Part shown: positions 1 through 11,797 of the stretch, piece by piece
Position numbering within the stretch: the stretch's first letter is position 1
How the letters are laid out: every line of letters starts with the position of its first letter
DNA from: Cyanidioschyzon merolae
Lineage: Eukaryota
DNA: 64,000 bases
Direction: 5' to 3' (one strand)
Assembly (NCBI GenBank): GCA_000091205.1
Contig: AP006500.2
Made by a program: the position numbers and the translations under genes
Notes under the pieces: model-generated
Database searches by the model: none
Seen by the model: only the letters and a program-made list of their open reading frames with translations
Told to the model about the DNA's origin: nothing

Positions 1-1077
1 AATACGAGTACGTTAGTAGATTATTTAGAGGGCATCGCAAGTGCAGCGAGGCTGCGAGAACCGCGCTTCCAGTGACAGGTGCAAGTACTAGACCCCGACG
101 ACGGACATGCTCCCCGTCACCGTGTTGTTCTATAAAGATGATCTGGTCTAGGTGTTGCTGTTGCTGTTGCAAGCTGATAACGAGAAGCGTGTGCTCGCAC
201 ATGGATCAGATTTCTGGCACATTGCATCGCTCCATGCAGTGCGTATCGACGCGAGCACAGGCGGGTCACGCGAGTGCCCAGCTACGGGTGCCAAGCAGCG
301 GATGACGACGTGCATGTCGCTGTGCTTGCTGTGCGCATCTCTCTCGCCGCGACCATATTTGTGGCGGCTCTTTCCGAAGCACGACCATACTTGCGAACTT
401 GCACACGCAAACGCTAACGAGGTTCCTGGGTCCAGCATCTGTTGTGCATTCGCGACCGATACGCGAACAGCTTTTCGGTGACACACGGCAAGCACATGCC
501 GCTCTGAATTTTGCCCGCAACCCGGTTTTGCCTTCCACAGGATACCCGTCATCAGAAACGAGAACAGAGTGGTACAATAGCCGCGCGAACTGGTGTAGAG
601 GGAAACAACCACAGGCCTCGAGCAAAACACAAACTTATTCGTAACCGCGTATCTGCCATATGCCACATGATTCATGAAAACGGCTACGGGACGTCTCTTC
701 ATGCCGCAACCTCGAGTCGGCGATCTTCTCGACACTGGACGCACGCTCTGAGACATGATTCTGGAGTCGGACGCTCTTGAGCAGCGACCTTGCCACAGTG
801 ATGCCACGTCGTCCAGGCAACACTAGCCCTTGCATACACACGGATGCAGCCGCCTGCATCACCACCATCGATACAGGTCTGCACCAATAGCAGCAATATT
901 CCACTTGGTGACGTTGAAGGCGCCCTGCCCGAAACCTCCAGGAAGGTCCTGGCCGCGCTCGCATCGCGCAGACACACCTAGCTGCTCACGATTCTAGTTC
1001 AGCAAGGACTAGTCGCTCGGTGTGCGCCACGTTCGCTTGCTCCCATAAAACATCTATTAGCTGCGAATACGACCTTT

Positions 1078-1650
1078 CTAGTTCGAATCTTTTTTGCCCC
1101 GCAACTGTAGGCTAGTCGAAGACTTGCGATCCGTAATATCCTGATCACGAGACTTGTTCTTGGAATCGCCAGCGTTCGGCCCAGAGCGCTTGCCCTGACC
1201 CGTCTTCCCGTCCTTGACCTTGCTCCCTTTCTCAGGTAGATTCTTTTCATTCATTCGCTGCTGCATTTTTTCCATGGCCTGTTTTTGGACGCGCTCGAGA
1301 AACTTAAGGATTACGTTTTCACCTTTGGAGTCTTTCGGTGGTGGCAAGAAACGCTGGTGCGGCCTTCCCAGTGCCCAGTTCTTCAAGTTCTCATAGGTCG
1401 TCGCACCACATATCCATCCTTTGGTCCTCTTATTGTAGAAAAAGGGAACTCCTCCACAGGACCCATTCTTGTCGAGCTTCTGCAGGAGCCGCAGGTTATC
1501 GTCCGAGTACCAAACCTCGAAGCGACGGATCGGAACCCCCAGTTCCTTCTGCAGTCGCTCCATCAACGGCTCCATATCCACACAGTGATCGCATTCGATC
1601 CCATAAAACTCAAGGAGGTGCGATCGGGAAGCCAGTTCTTTACTCGGCAT
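1078..1650 (-). CDS. Thioredoxin/glutaredoxin-fold protein with a CDHC (CxxC) motif and a GVPxF cis-Pro loop. The ORF continues upstream to 1785 through a poly-Arg stretch, so the start is ambiguous.
   Basis: The 235-aa ORF 1078..1785 (minus) has an internal Met at 1650 followed by EFYGIECDHCVDMEPL...GSCGGVPFFYN. The CxxC-to-cis-Pro spacing of about 48 aa fits a Grx/Trx fold. The codons upstream of 1650 are a GC-rich repeat that translates to RRRRRRRQWRR. Confidence 0.4.
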   Translation of the reverse strand: MPSKELASRSHLLEFYGIECDHCVDMEPLMERLQKELGVPIRRFEVWYSDDNLRLLQKLDKNGSCGGVPFFYNKRTKGWICGATTYENLKNWALGRPHQRFLPPPKDSKGENVILKFLERVQKQAMEKMQQRMNEKNLPEKGSKVKDGKTGQGKRSGPNAGDSKNKSRDQDITDRKSSTSLQLRGKKDSN

Positions 1651-1983
1651 CGTGAACGCTTCCACGGACGCTGCGTGGTTCAGGAAGCGTCTTGCCCGAA
1701 TGATGGAGAAGGGAGCGTGCTCTGTCGATTGTGCGTACCGCCGCCACTGCCGCCGCCGCCGCCGTCGCCGTGGATGTTTCAGCAAAGGCCGCTGTCACTC
1801 CGCGATGGCATTTTTGTACAGATTTATACAGAAGCAATCCGGGGTACGGGTAAGCGCACGTTCTGATGCGTGCATTCGTGTTCGGGTCGCTGTGCCGCGG
1901 AATCAAACTTTGGAACTATACCAGAGCGTGATGCAGTTGGCGTGTCGAAAGATAGGGTGTGCTAGCTCGAAAGCTTAAGTATT

Positions 1984-2415
1984 TTGGAGATGGAGAACTT
2001 GCTCCGCCGGGCCAAGCTCTGGAACGTGCCTGAGGGTGACGAGTGGCGCCTCGAAACGTGTCCAACGTGCAACGGCAAGGGTTTGATTATTTGTCCGTGC
2101 TGCCACGGGCGGGGCAAGTGTCTCTCGCTTGTGTTGTTTGTGAATATGGATACGCCGTGTTTGCTGTGCTTCGGAAACCCAGAGGTGACGTGTGGCAACT
2201 GTGAAGGCAACGGTAAGTTCGTCGTGACTCCTGACGGCCGGTACTGGTGCAAGCCGCCCAAGTATCGACGGAAACCGCCTCCGGGTGTGTCGAGCTGGAA
2301 CTTGTTCGCGAATATCCGGTTTCCGACGCAGGAACTGCCGCCCGAAGTCGCTAACGCCATCCGAGGTTTGAAGTTCGACGTTTTCGGTCAGGTGATCAAG
2401 CGCACCAGTGAATAG
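1984..2415 (+). CDS. Small DnaJ-type (CR-type) zinc-finger protein with three CxxCxGxG repeats; BSD2-like.
   Basis: The translation contains CPTCNGKG, CPCCHGRG and CGNCEGNG, the canonical DnaJ cysteine-rich CxxCxGxG spacing, in a 143-aa ORF. Confidence 0.5.
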   Translation: MEMENLLRRAKLWNVPEGDEWRLETCPTCNGKGLIICPCCHGRGKCLSLVLFVNMDTPCLLCFGNPEVTCGNCEGNGKFVVTPDGRYWCKPPKYRRKPPPGVSSWNLFANIRFPTQELPPEVANAIRGLKFDVFGQVIKRTSE

Positions 2416-5400
2416 TGGGGTAATTGTACAGGTGCGCGCTTCTCGTTTCTCGCTGGTATTCTAGAAGAGCATTTTATACCGTAGTGTTGAGAAAATTCGA
2501 TCAGAAAGGCTGCATGATTTCGCTGATCGTTTGCGAAAAACGGCATTATTTATGCAAGTCAGATGGATTACCGTCAGCAGGCACACGAATGGTCCATCTC
2601 GTCGTCCGTATCCTGAACGTCATGCACCCGAAAGAGAACATATCCAGCTCCATCTACATGAAGATCTCGTCGTCAATCGATTCAACTTTATACGAGTCCA
2701 AAGGCAGGTCACCACGAAAACGCCACAGAATGTAAAGTTTCCGTACCGTTGATGCGAGCGTTAAAGCAGAGACTCGGCCGGAAGAAGTGAAACGCATGCG
2801 TCCACGGGAGACCGTCTCGCGTTGATCAGTACGCGATCGGGGTCGACCTGGAATGCGAGCAGTTGGTACAGGATCCACGGGTAGTCGTCTGACTCGAGAG
2901 AGAAGCGGTAGCGTTATACGGGGGCACACAAAGAGAAGCCCGCGTTCTGTCGGTAAACAGGAGACAAGAACGCGTGACGACGACTCGAGCCGGAATCAGT
3001 GGGTCAGTGGTGTGCTCGCTGACGAATCCGAAAAAAAACGAACAGGATCATTCGATACGACATCCTTGGTCGAGGCACGTTTGCGGCTTGTCCGCAACGC
3101 ATTCGTCAGCCGTGCTCTTTGACAACGTCGGCTTCTCTCATTCAAAAGCGGTCACGAACTACGCAGCTGAGACTGGCGTTGAGCCGCTCCTCGTGCCTGC
3201 CTATGCTCCCTGCGTCGGTCAAGTCAGAGGCGTCTTCGTGGTGATCAAATGTCATGTTTGCGTTCACGGATCAATGCACGAGCACTTCGCATCCCGAACA
3301 CCGGTATTCCGCAAATCGTGCTTCGACCAGTGGTGATCGTCGATTCCAGGTACGGCCGGTTCCCCGTGGCCAACGCTGTACCTCTTCATCCGGAGGAGAG
3401 ATCCAACGCCTGGATGGAGAGTAATCGGATCTGCTCAATTCTTCCGGGGCTCGTTATCTTCGGGCGTCCGGCGGCATGCCAGTGTATGGAATACCGACTT
3501 CCACATCCATATCGACGCTCTCAGCACAGTATCTAAGAGAAGCGAGTCTTTCTGCGCTGTATTCAGGGTGCGTCCATGAGACCGCGCTGCGGTCGTCGAC
3601 GATTTTCGGTAGCATCGCGTCAAGGAGCGCGTGCTCACGAAATGATTCTTCGAGTTGGAAACGGAGATCGCTGATAACTCGCGTTCTCCCATCGTAGCTG
3701 ATGGCGCTGGACATGCTGGAGCGCGCAGAGCCAGCACTCCTGATTCTATGATAAGCGCGTATCCAACAAGTGCAGTCATCGATTTTACACGATTCCCGTC
3801 GATGCGTTGAGGGTGCCGTCCACGAATCATGGGCAGGTTTCCACCTTGAAACAACTCGGTAAGCAGTGCGTGAAACAGAGACAGATGTCCGAGATTGGTG
3901 CACGAACCGTTAACCGAAAGTCGAATGGCGCGAAAAATCGAAAGTGAGCGGCTCGCTAGCGTCTGCTGCCACCAGCAGCAACCGAGCGCACAAGCACTTT
4001 CCTTACCGAGATCTGAACGCCTCAATCAACCTTCGGAAATATCGTCTGTTTCCAAAGCGTCTACTGGTTCTGTATCGAACGCACGCTCGAAGGAATCGTT
4101 GCGTACGTCGTGCAGATATGTTGCTGAAATGCAGGATACTTTCCATGAAAGACTCAGAGGCCAGAAGCGAGCGCATTGGAATCCCGGCTGGAGCATACCA
4201 CTAGAATATCGTACGGTTCAGCAATGTAGATAGGCTATGGCGCCGTATACAACATCTCGGAACGCTTTTTCGTCGTCATTAGCGTATGACCATGGCACTC
4301 CAGTTTTCCATGTCACTGGGTATCTCAGGCGCAAGTCTTATCAGCCTCTCGAGAAACACGGACGCAGTCCGGAACCCGATTGACCGATACACTTGGCCGG
4401 CTATGGAGCAGACGCTTTCCGTTGCCTTATCAGGCCAAATTACAGTGTACAACTCTGTCATGCCGCCTGGTTCGATTGCTCGAGTACGGCGTCGGATTAC
4501 CGCTTCTCGGAGCGCTGGCTAAGAACATGCAGTGTTCGTACATTGAAGCAATTGCCCTGACGACATTCCAGGGTCGCTGGGAAGGCGATGCATTTTAGAA
4601 TGGTCGCACAATATGCAGCTTGACAAGGTTCCGCGTCAATGTTGCGGTCGGCGTTCGAATGCGTTATGCGGTGTCCTGCTCCTCGAGTCATGCACGCTTC
4701 TTTCTATCCATGCCCTGGACGCTTCTCCAAACCACAGCTAGCGCTATGCGGTCAAGCGCCTCAAAGCGTCCGATCGTATTCATCTGGTTTGGCGCTACTA
4801 GGGTCCACAGAAACGCAAGCATTCAGATGAACTGAGAAAAAAGCAGCGCCTGGCAGCACAAGCTGCACGCTCATGGACGCTGCATTCACGCAGTGACCAC
4901 GTAACCAGCGAGAGACGGATATGCACATACAGACGCGGGACCGTCCAGAATTTCGGGTACATGTACGCAAACATGCACCGACCGCTTCGTATCGAAAACA
5001 CCCAAGGACTAGAGCCTTCCGTCGTTTATCAAACCGGGGTGTGATGACCCACGACCGAAACGCACGCTTTCTGCTCGCCGTAAAACGCGCGTGGAACAAC
5101 TCCATAGCTGTCGAGTGTCCAGCTACATACCTGGAGCCCAGATAGCAACTCGTGAAGCCGTCAATACGAACTCCAATCGGGGTTCAAAATCTGCGAACAT
5201 GACCATTAGATTTCGATGCCCGTTCATCGGTGCTCACTGCTGACCTCGATTCCCGCCTAGTCGCTGTCCCACTGTTCCAGATTCTCCTCCTGATTTCTCC
5301 ACAGCGACCGAAGCTCCATGCGATCCGGGGCGGCTGGCGTGTACCAAGGTCTGCATAGCTTCTGTGGAACGCTTCCGCTAGACATGCATCGTTTGTATGC

Positions 5401-5776
5401 TCTCCTGTGTGCCTCGGGAGTCGAAGCTGTTGAGGGTAAACTCGACTATGAAAGGCACCATGATTCTGCGGTTGCGAAGCAGCGCATACTCGATACGTTC
5501 ATTGTCGAGTAATCGGCTCCGATCGAGTTACTTGCGGGGCGGCATGCCGATACTTTTTCGATGAATCAGCACCGCCGCGCTTTTCAAAGTAGCGACCTGT
5601 ACCATGATGCACTGCACTGCCCATAGCGGACAAACTTTCGGCCATGGCTTCCGGAATGACCATCATCCTCTCCGACACAGGAGCCAGGACTGCTGAATCC
5701 AAGCACGACGCTCAACCAATCCACCCGAGTACGCTACCGGGGTACCGTGCTTCGCATTCGCCCCCCTGTAAACTGT

Positions 5777-6457
5777 CTAACTTTCGAAGAAAATGCTCGA
5801 CAGCCAGCCGAAAACGCTATCGAGCACGTATATGTAACTAACAGACAAGACTAAGAAGATGACAGATATCACAAGAATCCGCAGTGTTCGTTTCGGCGAG
5901 GGCCACTCGATCATCCGGAACTCGTCGGCAAGGTCCAACAGGAACACTATCCACGCCGGCAGACCCGACGTCTCCCGCAACTTCACTCGCCGCATGAAAG
6001 CCACTTCTCGCTCGATTCGTGCGTCCCACTGCTCATTAGGAGTTTGTTTTGGCACTTGATCGACGACCTTGTCAACGTGGTTCGAGATCCAGGGAAACAG
6101 CGCTTCACCTTCACCCGGGTTTGCAACGGCTGCGCTCGTCGACGCCCGCGTCTCCCGGGCAGTTTCAGCGTGCTCGTTCGTTCTTCGGGCGCCGTTTGTG
6201 TTTTCAGTACGCTTCCCAGACTCGATAAGCCGTTCGTCGTCACGTTCTCCTTCGTTCTGAGCGCACCGAAGGCGCGCCGAACGAGGTCTCACCCGAACGG
6301 CAGCAGCAGCAGCACGTTGCCGTCGTCCAAACGGTGCACAGCAGGTTGCTGCTCCTCCCAGCGCGAAACGTCCACGAGTGTAACGAAGTGTCTGTAGAGC
6401 AAAAGCGCTCGTTCTCGAAGCCGCAATCCTTTGATCCATTTCTGGTGCAACAATCAA
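5777..6457 (-). CDS. Hypothetical protein with a single C-terminal hydrophobic segment (tail-anchor-like).
   Basis: 226-aa ORF. The C-terminus ILVISVIFLVLSVSYIYVL is one predicted transmembrane helix followed by a short tail. No recognisable domain. Confidence 0.25.
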   Translation of the reverse strand: MIVAPEMDQRIAASRTSAFALQTLRYTRGRFALGGAATCCAPFGRRQRAAAAAVRVRPRSARLRCAQNEGERDDERLIESGKRTENTNGARRTNEHAETARETRASTSAAVANPGEGEALFPWISNHVDKVVDQVPKQTPNEQWDARIEREVAFMRRVKLRETSGLPAWIVFLLDLADEFRMIEWPSPKRTLRILVISVIFLVLSVSYIYVLDSVFGWLSSIFFES

Positions 6458-7377
6458 ACGGCTACGAGCCGAACAAGTCCACCGGTGTTAACGGAGTGCA
6501 GAGGCCTGTGCTCCCGGACGCAGATCGCATCTGCACTAGTTCACGTGCGACGTGCAGGATGCTCACTGGGCATCGCATACATTATTGTGATATTCGCATC
6601 AGAATAACATCGCCTGCTGCTGGGATGAGGTGCTTGGCGGGGTTCGCTTATGCGCAGCGGTGACGCCTGCACTGCAATATAGCTGCCTTCGTGGCTTCAG
6701 AGTTTCATGGGTGTGTCGTGTCTGCAAATGACGCTGCATACCGCGCTCGGGTTCATGGGGCCCGGGCACAGCCTCGCAGCGTAGTGTTGCGTTGGATGCG
6801 GGCTCAGCGTTCGCCAGTCATGTGCTTCGTATCGCTTCCAAAGAATGCTGCTGGAGCGATTCCACGAAACGGCTCGCTGTCGAGTAGCGACATGGTCCTG
6901 GGTGTCGTTGGACATCAGTCGGATAACATCTGGTACCGTCGGTGATGGAACGGTGGAGCGGAATCCCGAATTAGCGTAGTCGGACGCGATGCTCCGGAAC
7001 GGTGTGTTGTCCCGGATACGAGATGGCTTTCTTTCTTTATGGACAGTGGAAGTCTACAGCAGCGTTGTCTTTAGAGCGTGGATAATGTTGTCGCTGAAAG
7101 CAAATCGAGGTACCGTGCAACGATCGCAGCGAAGCGACTCGGGTACCCGCTGGACGAGCATCGCAAGACTGCAGGCGTCGCACGCCGCGCTGGAGACGCT
7201 CGTGTTCGAACTTGTGCGGTGCGAGCGGCAAAGACGCCTTTTGAGATGTTATCCAGTTTTGACTGGTCCACGTAGAGGGTCATGTAACGAACAATGCCAG
7301 GATTTCTGTGGAAGACATTCTCGGAGCGTTGCGCTGAGCCCGGCGTAGCCGCCTTCACCATCACTAATAGGAATGTC

Positions 7378-7775
7378 GCTCCCAAACGGAATCAGTTTAT
7401 AGTGTTATGGACACGATGTAGACACCTCGGAATAAGTTATATTTTTGGACTTCACTGCTCCGAACGGAATCAGTGTGTTGTATCATGGATACCATCTAGA
7501 CACCTCGGAATAAGTTATATTTTTGGACTTCACTGCTCCGAACGGAATCAGTGTGTTGTATCATGGATACCATCTAGACACCTCGGAATAAGTTATATTT
7601 TTGGACTTCACTGCTCCGAACGGAATCAGTATGTTGTATCATGGATACCATCTAGACACCTCGGAATAAGTTATATTTTTGGACTTCACTGCTCCGAACG
7701 GAATCAGTGTGTTGTTTCATGGATACCATGTAGAAACCTCTAAATACGTAATACTTCTCGACTTCACTGCTCCAA
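7378..7775. repeat. Tandem array of about 5 copies with a 78-bp period.
   Basis: The sequence cctcggaataagttatatttttggacttcactgctccgaacggaatcagtgtgttgtatcatggataccatctagaca recurs at 7425, 7503, 7581 and 7659 (period 78), with degenerate units at both edges. Confidence 0.9.
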
Positions 7776-7886
7776 ATGCGCATCCCAAGGCGTACTATCT
7801 ATCCGTGTTCCTCCCGGTATCCTCGTATTTTTTCGCTCGCCTTGGTAAGGCGTCAACCCTGAGGTCTGGTTTACGTTGCGTAGTGT

Positions 7887-8510
7887 TTGGACTTGCTGGA
7901 AAGGGTTCAATCAACCGCAGCCGCTAAGCTCGACACCAGACGTATGCCCACTTACCACGTGTTGCGGGACGGCGTCTACTTGGCCCCAGTTCACAAGGCT
8001 GGCGTACTAGCCGACCTCGTCGATGACCGTTGGCGCCGCGACGCGCTCCCGCTGGAACCGGTCCCGCTGCCGGTTGGCACTATACTCGCTGACGATGACC
8101 AGCTCTTCGAGGATCTGGCACCGATCATTTCGGAAGATGCCGAGTATACCTGGGACGCCGCAGAAACAGAGGAGCTTGCAGCGCTCGCCGGTGACTGGCG
8201 TGGTTTGCAGCCTGAAACCGGACCGGATGTACCTCCAGGCGCTGAAGAGATAGGCTCTCGGGGTGATAACCCAGCAACAGGCGTGGGAACGAACGCAGAC
8301 AACAGCTCGAGTCGAGCCATTTGGGCGTCGCCTGCGTGGCGAACTACGCAGCAACGGCAGGCACTGCTCTCGCAGTGGTCGTCGATGCAGCCGGCAACTC
8401 TGCCGAGGGAGCGGGGACCCAACGCACTGGCGGAAGTGCTCTGGCGAAGGCACCGACGAACCTCTGGACTGGACCTTAACCTGGAGGTAACACCGCCGGA
8501 ACCTCTGTGA
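7887..8510 (+). CDS. Hypothetical protein (207 aa). A 204-aa ORF overlaps it on the opposite strand.
   Basis: Long ORF with strong G/C bias at third codon positions. No recognisable domain. The antisense ORF 7991..8605 makes the coding strand ambiguous. Confidence 0.25.
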   Translation: MDLLERVQSTAAAKLDTRRMPTYHVLRDGVYLAPVHKAGVLADLVDDRWRRDALPLEPVPLPVGTILADDDQLFEDLAPIISEDAEYTWDAAETEELAALAGDWRGLQPETGPDVPPGAEEIGSRGDNPATGVGTNADNSSSRAIWASPAWRTTQQRQALLSQWSSMQPATLPRERGPNALAEVLWRRHRRTSGLDLNLEVTPPEPL

Positions 8511-8520
8511 GGAGGGAATT

Positions 8521-8770
8521 TCGTGCATCCATCCCGCGTAAACGCAACACTGCTCGCACAGCTCGGTTTACCTAGGCCTCCTATGTGAATCGCAAATGCT
8601 AGCACCTGCCTCTACACTTTTCTGAAGCATTCATTCCAACAAGCAACGTCGTGCATCCATCCCGCGTAAACGCAACAATTCTCGCACAGCTCGGTTTACC
8701 TAGGCCTCCTATGTGAATCGCAAATGCTAGCACCTGCCTCTACACTTTTCTGAAGCATCCATTCCAGTGC
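8521..8770. repeat. Direct tandem duplication of about 128 bp (2 copies).
   Basis: tcgtgcatccatcccgcgtaaacgcaaca...tctgaagcat occurs at 8521 and again at 8649, with a few mismatches. Confidence 0.85.
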
Positions 8771-9080
8771 CTTCTCAGCGGAATACTGCCTTGGCGTCGT
8801 AGGCGGCCGCTGAGCGGCTGCCGAACACAGTCGGGTACCACGCGTACCGGTAAACGCGTCTATAGAGACAAAAGAGACCTGGGGTCCCCGGATACCGCAC
8901 TGTACTGAATACCGCGAGGCCTCAGTTGAGGTTTCTGATACATCGTACCGGCGCAAGGGTCAGTTGACTCGTCACCTCGGTGCTGCGTTCGACGGTAGCT
9001 GGTTCAGGGTGCCCTACCAGCGCCAGCGTCACCTTGTCCACAGCGAGCGGCACTGAAGGTATACGAGCGCTGCCGCTGAC

Positions 9081-10487
9081 ATGTGGTTGCGCGCTGTGAC
9101 CTCGTTACCTCGCTCCGTCTATATTCATATACCGTTTTGCCGACGACGTTGTTACTATTGTGACTTTGCCGTTTTGCCGGTTGGGCACTCGACGCGCGAA
9201 GTATCGCAGCGACTTTGGGAGCAGCTCCAGGAGCTGAGCGCACAGGGACGTTCGCAGCACGCGCTCACTGCACCGTCGACGTCCTCGGACCGCACGCTAG
9301 ACCGAATTTATGTCGATGCCGTCATAAGTGAAGTCTCGCAGACTCTTGAGCGGCTTCCTGATCGGCCGAGCTCGCTGCCGGAGCTCGATACGATTTATAT
9401 CGGAGGCGGGACGCCGTCGCTTCTACATGTAGACGAGTTGGCGCGGCTCCTGAGTGTCTTGCCTCGTAGCGGACACACTGAAGTCACCATGGAACTGGAC
9501 CCGGGCACATTTGATGCGGTGCGTTTGCATCAGTACCGTGACCTGGGTATCACACGAGTCTCGGTCGGTGTGCAAGCCCTGTCGGATGAGGTGCTGCGAG
9601 CCTGCGGCCGCAGCCACACGGTGAGAGATATTGAGCGCGCACTCGATGATCTTCATCGCTGTGGCTTTGGTGATGCCTACTCTCTCGACCTGATCTGCGG
9701 CTTACCAAACCTGAGCCCAGGCGCTTGGAGCGAAACCCTAGCAAGGATTGGAACCTGGAAGCCTCCGCATGTTTCGATCTATGATCTCAGCATTGAGTCA
9801 GGGACTCGATTTGCGGCGTGGTTGCGAGACGGGCTGCTCCAATTACCCTTGGAAGATGAAGCTGCAGAGATGCTCAGGGAAGCCATGATAACGTTGCGGG
9901 AAACGTACGGCTTCGATCACTACGAGGTCAGCAACTATGCAAGGGAACCAGCGCTGCGCTCGCGGCATAACCAAATCTACTGGCGTGGAGGCGAGTACTT
10001 TGGATTTGGATTAAGTGCAAGTTCGTATGTGCATGGCAAACGCTTCGACCGGCATCGGCAGCTTAAGGAGTATCTGGAATGGGTTTATTCCGGATGTTTA
10101 CCGTTTGACGAGGTCGCCGGCGACACACTCGATGAATGGCTCATGCTGCGTCTTCGCACACAAGAGGGCCTCTCGTTGGATGCATTGCAGGAGCGCTTTG
10201 GAGCACAAACCGTCGACCGTCTGCGGATCGCTGCGGAACCTTTTTGCAGAAGCAGACACTTGGCCTTTCGTGATGACGCGCACGGCATATCGTTGTATGC
10301 GACGGATCCAGACGGCTGGCTTATTCTTTCACATATTGTCTTGGAGTTGCTTGTAGCGCTGGAAGGCTTCCAGGATCGCTCGCCTGCACGACCAAACGGC
10401 AACATTGCTGGCTGCAACGAGGACGCGTTGAAGCCGGTGCTCCTATACGAAACCTCCTCAACCAGAGCTCAAGCCCCAAACTCGTAA
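9081..10487 (+). CDS. RSAD1: Radical SAM HemW/HemN-like protein (RSAD1-type heme chaperone / coproporphyrinogen III oxidase-like).
   Basis: N-terminal radical-SAM cysteine cluster IHIPFCRRRCYYCDFAV (CxxxCxxC), then IYIGGGTPSLL and the HemN-like C-terminal domain. 468 aa. Confidence 0.8.
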   Translation: MWLRAVTSLPRSVYIHIPFCRRRCYYCDFAVLPVGHSTREVSQRLWEQLQELSAQGRSQHALTAPSTSSDRTLDRIYVDAVISEVSQTLERLPDRPSSLPELDTIYIGGGTPSLLHVDELARLLSVLPRSGHTEVTMELDPGTFDAVRLHQYRDLGITRVSVGVQALSDEVLRACGRSHTVRDIERALDDLHRCGFGDAYSLDLICGLPNLSPGAWSETLARIGTWKPPHVSIYDLSIESGTRFAAWLRDGLLQLPLEDEAAEMLREAMITLRETYGFDHYEVSNYAREPALRSRHNQIYWRGGEYFGFGLSASSYVHGKRFDRHRQLKEYLEWVYSGCLPFDEVAGDTLDEWLMLRLRTQEGLSLDALQERFGAQTVDRLRIAAEPFCRSRHLAFRDDAHGISLYATDPDGWLILSHIVLELLVALEGFQDRSPARPNGNIAGCNEDALKPVLLYETSSTRAQAPNS

Positions 10488-11797
10488 CGGTTATACCCCA
10501 GCATATTCTGCACTCGTGTGACCATGAGGCGCTCAGAGACTTGTGCCAGTGCTCAAGCTGCAGACTCGCAAGGACGATCGCCCGCCAGTGTATGCCGCAA
10601 CCACATCATCACCGCCAGGTGCTAAGAGACTGCATTCTGGAGCGCAATGCAGTAGGCAACGGAGATGGTGCGCACTGAGCTAGTCCTGAGCGCGCGCCTG
10701 TCTCCCAGCAATAGCGTCTTCGGTAGCTCGGAAGAGTCGGTGTTTCCTTCCAACTTGTGTATCCCTCCGGATTCTAATCGTACCGACAGGGTACGCGCGC
10801 AGCATCCGCATCTCCATGGAAATGCGTACATACCTGCACTCATTTCTCCAGTAGTATCAACGTATATGTGAGACTCTACATGCCGAATTCGTTTGTACAG
10901 AAGCCGCTTGCGCTTATGCAGGATTGCTCAGCTCTAGCGCAGCAGTATACATGAGGCTTGGAGCGCTCGCCGCGTTGCACACTGCTGAAAATCGTTTTCC
11001 GTATGCCGTTGACACAAGCCAATGCGTGAAGCGTGCACCTGGCCTGCGGTAGCTGGTGGTCAGTGCACAGCATCTGGAGCAAGTGCTCTGGTGCAGGCGA
11101 GTGACCTGCTCGGGTTCTTGACGAGAAACAAAGCAGGAATCGGTTGGCGCCGAGGGTCCGCCAGGTGCCGTATCTGGCACACTTGTATCCGTGTAAATTG
11201 TTTAGAACTCAGAGACTATTTTCGTTACATAGCAATTGAACTCGAAGCGGCCTGCAATTTTTTTTGTTGACCTAAGCGGTGGTACGTTACACCAGACTCC
11301 GCACGACGCTGCAAGGTGTGTCGAGCACAGCTCCGTGCACTATCAACGCGCTTACGCAACTGTTTTGCCACGCACTTGAACACGTATCCTAACACCCAAA
11401 TTGGTTCTCACAGACCGGAATTTTTTCACCGCCTGCATCTACATCGCCACACACGTACACAAAAGCCGACACCGAGGCACTGCGGCAGCTCGAACTGTGT
11501 GCCTCTGGGTGGCGTTTCCGTGAGGCCGCAGGTACCACGTTCGTTCACTTTCTGAAACCTATCAGGATCTCCATATTAGCTCGGTTTCACGTCCAACTAC
11601 TCGTCGTCCGCGTGATCCGAACCTGTGAAAAACCAAGTTCAGGCGCAGTCTGCACCACCTGTTGAGACAGCAACCTGTCGATGCCTGTTCCCGTTTCGCT
11701 GACGCCGAGTACAATACTGCTCTCTCGACGAGTGCCGAACGTCGTTTTTGCTTAGTCGGGATACTTGTTCCAGGGTTGCTTCTAGTTAAGGCGCAAC

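Noticed and set aside
1060-1100. tRNA-like T-loop sequence gttcgaatc followed by a T-run
   Set aside because: The flanking bases cannot form a T-stem or an acceptor stem. It lies inside the 3' end of the thioredoxin-like ORF.
7294-7743. 149-aa ORF encoding 26-aa peptide repeats, and the analogous 136-aa minus-strand ORF at 28748..29158
   Set aside because: Both are produced by in-frame 78-bp tandem DNA repeats. Near-identical units with no flanking gene context point to satellite DNA rather than protein-coding sequence.
7991-8605. 204-aa minus-strand ORF
   Set aside because: It fully overlaps the 207-aa plus-strand ORF. The plus-strand frame shows the stronger third-position G/C bias. Neither has a recognisable domain, so only the plus-strand ORF is listed, at low confidence.
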